A DNA stretch of 64,000 bases. It comes from Candidatus Poribacteria bacterium. GTDB taxonomy: Bacteria > Poribacteria > WGA-4E > WGA-3G. Shown here one piece after another: positions 60,398 through 64,000 of this stretch (positions within the stretch are counted from its first letter, which is position 1; each line of letters begins with the position of its first letter). The stretch spans positions 11,807 to 75,806 of the forward strand of contig JAJEGI010000015.1 in assembly GCA_022819945.1 (NCBI GenBank). The letters are read 5' to 3'. The position numbers and the translations under genes are program-made. Under the pieces are notes generated by a model. The model worked only from the letters and a program-made list of their open reading frames with translations, did no database searches and was not told the origin of the DNA.

Positions 60398-63300
60398 CTA
60401 CTTCAAAATCAACATTTTCCGTGTCGATATGAACTCGCCTGCGGTTAATGTATAGAAATAGAGACCACTCGCTACAGGTTCACCGACGTTATTTCTGCCA
60501 TCCCAATAGGCGGCGCGGCTACGACTCTGATAGATCCCTGCAGGCAATTGCCCTAACACCAACGTCCGAACCAGCATTCCATTGACAGCATAAATCGTTA
60601 GGGTAACCTCGGCGGGTTCTGAGAGTTGGTAGGGTATCCATGTCTCTGGGTTAAACGGATTCGGATAGTTCGGTAGTAGTGCTGTCGCTTCAGGGATCAA
60701 GGCTGCCAAAAGCCGTTCGAGATTCGCGATACCTTGTTGGAAAACGAGCGATCCATCGTCTTCAGCGCGTGCCTGTTTTATCCACGCTTGAACTGTTGCT
60801 GGGTCTAATTCTTTTATGTCCTCTATTGTGACAGTGGCAGGTGCGGTTGCCGCTATTGATTCGCCGAGATGTTGGGCGACAAGGACAAGATCTAAGATGT
60901 TAATAATTCCATCGTCGTTTACATCAGATCTCGGATTAACGGACGGAGCACTTCCTAAGTTTTGTGCCACGAGAACTATATCTAAAATGTTTACTTGCCC
61001 ATCATTATTGACATCCCAGATGAGTCTGTCCTTCAATACAAGAGCGACCTCAAGGGGACCGGCAGGGATTGATTCCCCCGTGCCATCACCGAATCGAAAG
61101 TTAGTAAGCACCAATTGTGTCTTACCACCCGCTTTTGCTGCAAAGGTCACCGATAGCAGCAATCCTGTACCACTGACAGCATTTCCATTGAGTTTCGCTT
61201 CACTGAGACCTATAATGTTACCCGCCTGATTATCAATTGTTCCGTTCTGGAAGGAGGTTCCGCCACCCTCCGATGCCAGAAGATAGCCTTTGCGGGTCTC
61301 AATTGCTTCAAGGTGTAAAGGATCAAACACGATGTCAAACTGCCATGCTACTAAATCGGTGACATCTTCTGCGTAGAGGTCAATCGTAAATGTATCACCT
61401 GTAGAGATCTCAACATTGGGAAAGGCATATCCGATGCCAGCAAAAGGTAGCACGGTATACTCCGTATCCGCTTGAAATCCAAAAAAACCACTCCATCCGC
61501 CTGTACGGTTTTCAACAGCAACCAACATGGTATTTTTCCCCTGTTTTAGGGTGACTGCGAAAGAACCGCGGTAATCGGAGGCACTCCGCCCAACAATATC
61601 TTCACGCACAAGTTCGCCATTGATCCAAACCTTTACGCTGTCATCGCTTCCAACAAACATCTTTGTGTTCTGTTCTTGTGGAGCATCTAAGGTGATGAAG
61701 CCGTAAATGACGCGGTTGTTTCCGTTCCAGCCGAGAGAACCGGTCATATCGTTAAGGTTATTACCACCACTGCTGTCTATTTTGAGAGGTGTCCAGACAT
61801 AGTCCCCAATTGTATCTCCTGGTGACACACCGGTAGTTGCGATTTGCTGCTCTGTAACAGCACCCCCACTCGCTTTTGCCAACAGATCCGTGCTTTTGTC
61901 AAGTTGTTCATCCGGCACCAGTACCCATAACCACGGTCCTTGAATTTTCGGACCACCTTGGGATGGATCCAAGTTGACATCTTGATCATCGGGAGATGTA
62001 CTGGTCTGTCCTATATCACTGAAAATTCGTTCAACGAACGCCCTATATTCATCTTTGGCAGCGTCTACCCACGCAGGCAGTGCGCCTAATCGTCGCTCCA
62101 GTTGTGCCTCGTAAAGTGAATCTGGGGAGACGTGGGATCCAAATCCTTCGAAGTAGGCGTTGCGCGGAATAGAACCTCCCAATGTTTTGTAACCGATCAG
62201 GTTGGCTTGCGTGACCGCAAAACTGTATCCGCCGGGTGTCCACAGATTAAAGGTTCTACTGTCAACGACGTTGTTGTTCCAGCGTGTGTAACCATCAAGA
62301 TGGTGAGGCAAGTTGAATATTGCTCCGCCGCTCGCCTGATGGTTGATGCTGTTGTAATTATCGAATAGCGTATGGCGAGGCTGCGAACCGTGCGTATCAG
62401 GACCTCTCATCTGTTTCCCATCAATCTTCCAAACAACAGTTCCTGCCGAAGAGGAAGCCACGCTGATACCGTGCCACATCCCTTTGTCTGTATAGTCCGT
62501 TAAGAGACCGATAAAGCAGTATGTTGAGTAAGTGGCACTTCCGGGGATGTGCCCGTATCTGCCATCAAGTATAACTCCGAGTGCCGAGTTGCTGTAAGAA
62601 ACGTGGTGCCCAAACGCGTTGATGGTGTTTGAGAATCGACACCGGCGAATCCATGAATGGGCGGTATGCCAGAGCGTGATACCTCCCCGTCCCTCTTGAA
62701 CGAGATGCTCGTAAGGTTCCTGTAGGTTACCGTCTATGTGCAGGTCTTCAAAGCCGATACCCACCGTCATATCTCGCCAGTTGACGTTAAAACTTGAATT
62801 GAGATGCGTCAGCACCGGTGCCTTCACATAAACTCGGTTTCCGGCAATGCGGTCGATTTCATGAATTTCATACACGTTGATGCCATCTCGGATGTTTGTG
62901 TATGATTCGAGCATGTCCGACATCGTTCGGGAAGAGTGTTGACCCCAGTCGGTTCCGAGCAATCCGTCTGCTCGGATTTCAATGAATCTGCGGTTTCTCA
63001 GACGACTCACATCTTCGACATCGAAATGCCGTGTTCCCTTTGGGAAAGAACCTTTGACGCGCGTTGACGATCCTTGCCCGTTTGAACGCCAACGGGTTTT
63101 AAACAACCTCAGACCACTTGTTAGGACGTTGTGCATCTTGATGGTAGTTCCACCGTTGGAAGCACCTTCGGCACCGCTGCCGCGAACGATGACGTTGTCG
63201 CCTGATACGACGATCTGCTCCGCCGGTTCACTGTCAAGAAGGACGTCGTATAGTCCGGGCGGAAAGAACACAATACCACCGCCGGAAGAAGCAGCACTAA

Positions 63301-63580
63301 TGGCGGCTTTGATCCCGTCAGTGTCCGACTTCTCGTCATCCGGAACAGCACCGTAATCGGTCACATCGAAAATTGGCAAGGCAAAGGCATCGGGGATTGC
63401 TTCCTCGCTTTGTTTGTAACCTGCGTAGGAGTAGTCAATCAAATCAGGTGTTCCTGCGGGGACCGGCTCACCGATGAATTTCTTCCAAATGTTTGGCGTG
63501 AGTTGGGCTGATGCCAGCGGCAACAGAAATAGGAATAGGAACAACGATATGGCTGTTGCGTTTCTTATTTTGTTGATCAC
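60398..63580 (-). CDS. secreted right-handed beta-helix (pectate-lyase-superfamily) protein with PA14-like, cohesin and dockerin modules and T9SS-type C-terminal sorting domain
   Basis: 1060 aa; signal peptide; 'GDDSVKVWINGELV' PA14-like; cohesin block 'FTIDLYAEDVTDLVAWQFDIVFDP'; dockerin 'DVNNDGQVNILDIVLVAQNLG...DVNDDGIINILDLVLVAQHLG'; C-terminal 'NYPNPFNPETWIPYQL...GLYFYTLTAGEF'. Confidence 0.7.
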   Translation of the reverse strand: MINKIRNATAISLFLFLFLLPLASAQLTPNIWKKFIGEPVPAGTPDLIDYSYAGYKQSEEAIPDAFALPIFDVTDYGAVPDDEKSDTDGIKAAISAASSGGGIVFFPPGLYDVLLDSEPAEQIVVSGDNVIVRGSGAEGASNGGTTIKMHNVLTSGLRLFKTRWRSNGQGSSTRVKGSFPKGTRHFDVEDVSRLRNRRFIEIRADGLLGTDWGQHSSRTMSDMLESYTNIRDGINVYEIHEIDRIAGNRVYVKAPVLTHLNSSFNVNWRDMTVGIGFEDLHIDGNLQEPYEHLVQEGRGGITLWHTAHSWIRRCRFSNTINAFGHHVSYSNSALGVILDGRYGHIPGSATYSTYCFIGLLTDYTDKGMWHGISVASSSAGTVVWKIDGKQMRGPDTHGSQPRHTLFDNYNSINHQASGGAIFNLPHHLDGYTRWNNNVVDSRTFNLWTPGGYSFAVTQANLIGYKTLGGSIPRNAYFEGFGSHVSPDSLYEAQLERRLGALPAWVDAAKDEYRAFVERIFSDIGQTSTSPDDQDVNLDPSQGGPKIQGPWLWVLVPDEQLDKSTDLLAKASGGAVTEQQIATTGVSPGDTIGDYVWTPLKIDSSGGNNLNDMTGSLGWNGNNRVIYGFITLDAPQEQNTKMFVGSDDSVKVWINGELVREDIVGRSASDYRGSFAVTLKQGKNTMLVAVENRTGGWSGFFGFQADTEYTVLPFAGIGYAFPNVEISTGDTFTIDLYAEDVTDLVAWQFDIVFDPLHLEAIETRKGYLLASEGGGTSFQNGTIDNQAGNIIGLSEAKLNGNAVSGTGLLLSVTFAAKAGGKTQLVLTNFRFGDGTGESIPAGPLEVALVLKDRLIWDVNNDGQVNILDIVLVAQNLGSAPSVNPRSDVNDDGIINILDLVLVAQHLGESIAATAPATVTIEDIKELDPATVQAWIKQARAEDDGSLVFQQGIANLERLLAALIPEATALLPNYPNPFNPETWIPYQLSEPAEVTLTIYAVNGMLVRTLVLGQLPAGIYQSRSRAAYWDGRNNVGEPVASGLYFYTLTAGEFISTRKMLILK

Positions 63581-64000
63581 AGTTTGTTTGTTTCCGTTTC
63601 TTGCGACAAGTAAGATAAAAGCACAGAGTGCAACCGGTAATGTAAAGTCAATATGTATAAAATATTTTTATTTTTTCTAACCCAAGCTACTACTAACAAG
63701 ATTTTAGACCAATAACTCCTGTGTTTCACTGAAAAATGTCGATTATCCAAGCATTTTGTAGCGTCCACTTTTAGTTTGCGGCATTTTCGGGCACAAACTG
63801 GAAAGTTTGTGCTACAGGTGGCAACTTACGTTATTATAATTATGACTTGATATGTAAAACTATATGAGAATTTAGCTTATAAGTCAAATTAAACCTAAAA
63901 GTGTTTGATTTGAGGCTGGTTGATAAGTCAATGCCTTGATTCGTAAATATACATTATCGCACTGGTTATATGAAAAAGACACCTTGAAAAAATAGGTTAG

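Overview
This 64 kb window comes from a bacterial genome of about 50% GC. It is probably an uncultivated lineage with a Bacteroidetes-type type IX secretion system (T9SS): three large secreted proteins end in a T9SS-type C-terminal sorting domain ('NYPNPFNPET...'). The window also has cohesin/dockerin modules, WD40 and PhyH paralogues, and a BMC shell protein next to a PduP/EutE-type aldehyde dehydrogenase. No rRNA, tRNA or CRISPR array was recognised. The first ~18 kb is a minus-strand defence island. Its main operon reads: SNF2/DEAH helicase with a DUF3883 C-terminus, then an OLD-family ABC-ATPase/Toprim nuclease, then a DUF1156 N6-adenine-type methyltransferase (motifs DPFGGGG and DPPY), then an MntA/HepT toxin-antitoxin pair, then a DUF499 P-loop ATPase. 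The TA pair is inserted with a 3-nt gap, a 17-nt overlap and an ATGA stop/start overlap, so it appears translationally coupled into the operon. Downstream lie a LamG-like secreted protein, a small membrane protein, an IS1595-family transposase, and a second, diverged DUF1156->DUF499 module. That second module has no embedded TA pair, and its DUF499 gene runs off the window start. The DUF1156/DUF499/helicase triad has been predicted as an R-M-like defence system but, to my knowledge, is not experimentally characterised. Its combination here with an OLD nuclease and an embedded HepT/MntA pair is the most interesting feature of the window. The rest of the window holds housekeeping genes (mutS, icd, ligA, an MtaB/MiaB-like methylthiotransferase, an EndoIII-like glycosylase, Gfo/Idh/MocA). 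It also holds a HicAB pair and an AAA_21 ATPase + PIN-like two-gene cassette. A UvrD-family helicase carries an embedded DEDDh 3'-5' exonuclease domain and is flanked by two convergent WD40 genes. A 2056-aa cadherin/YWTD-propeller/dockerin adhesin is present, and there are several repeat-rich intergenic regions: a 6 x ~62 bp tandem array, a ~250 bp repeated element family upstream of secreted-protein genes, and an AT-rich region with iteron-like repeats. All functional calls are from reading the translated ORFs and recalling family signatures. No database search was run.
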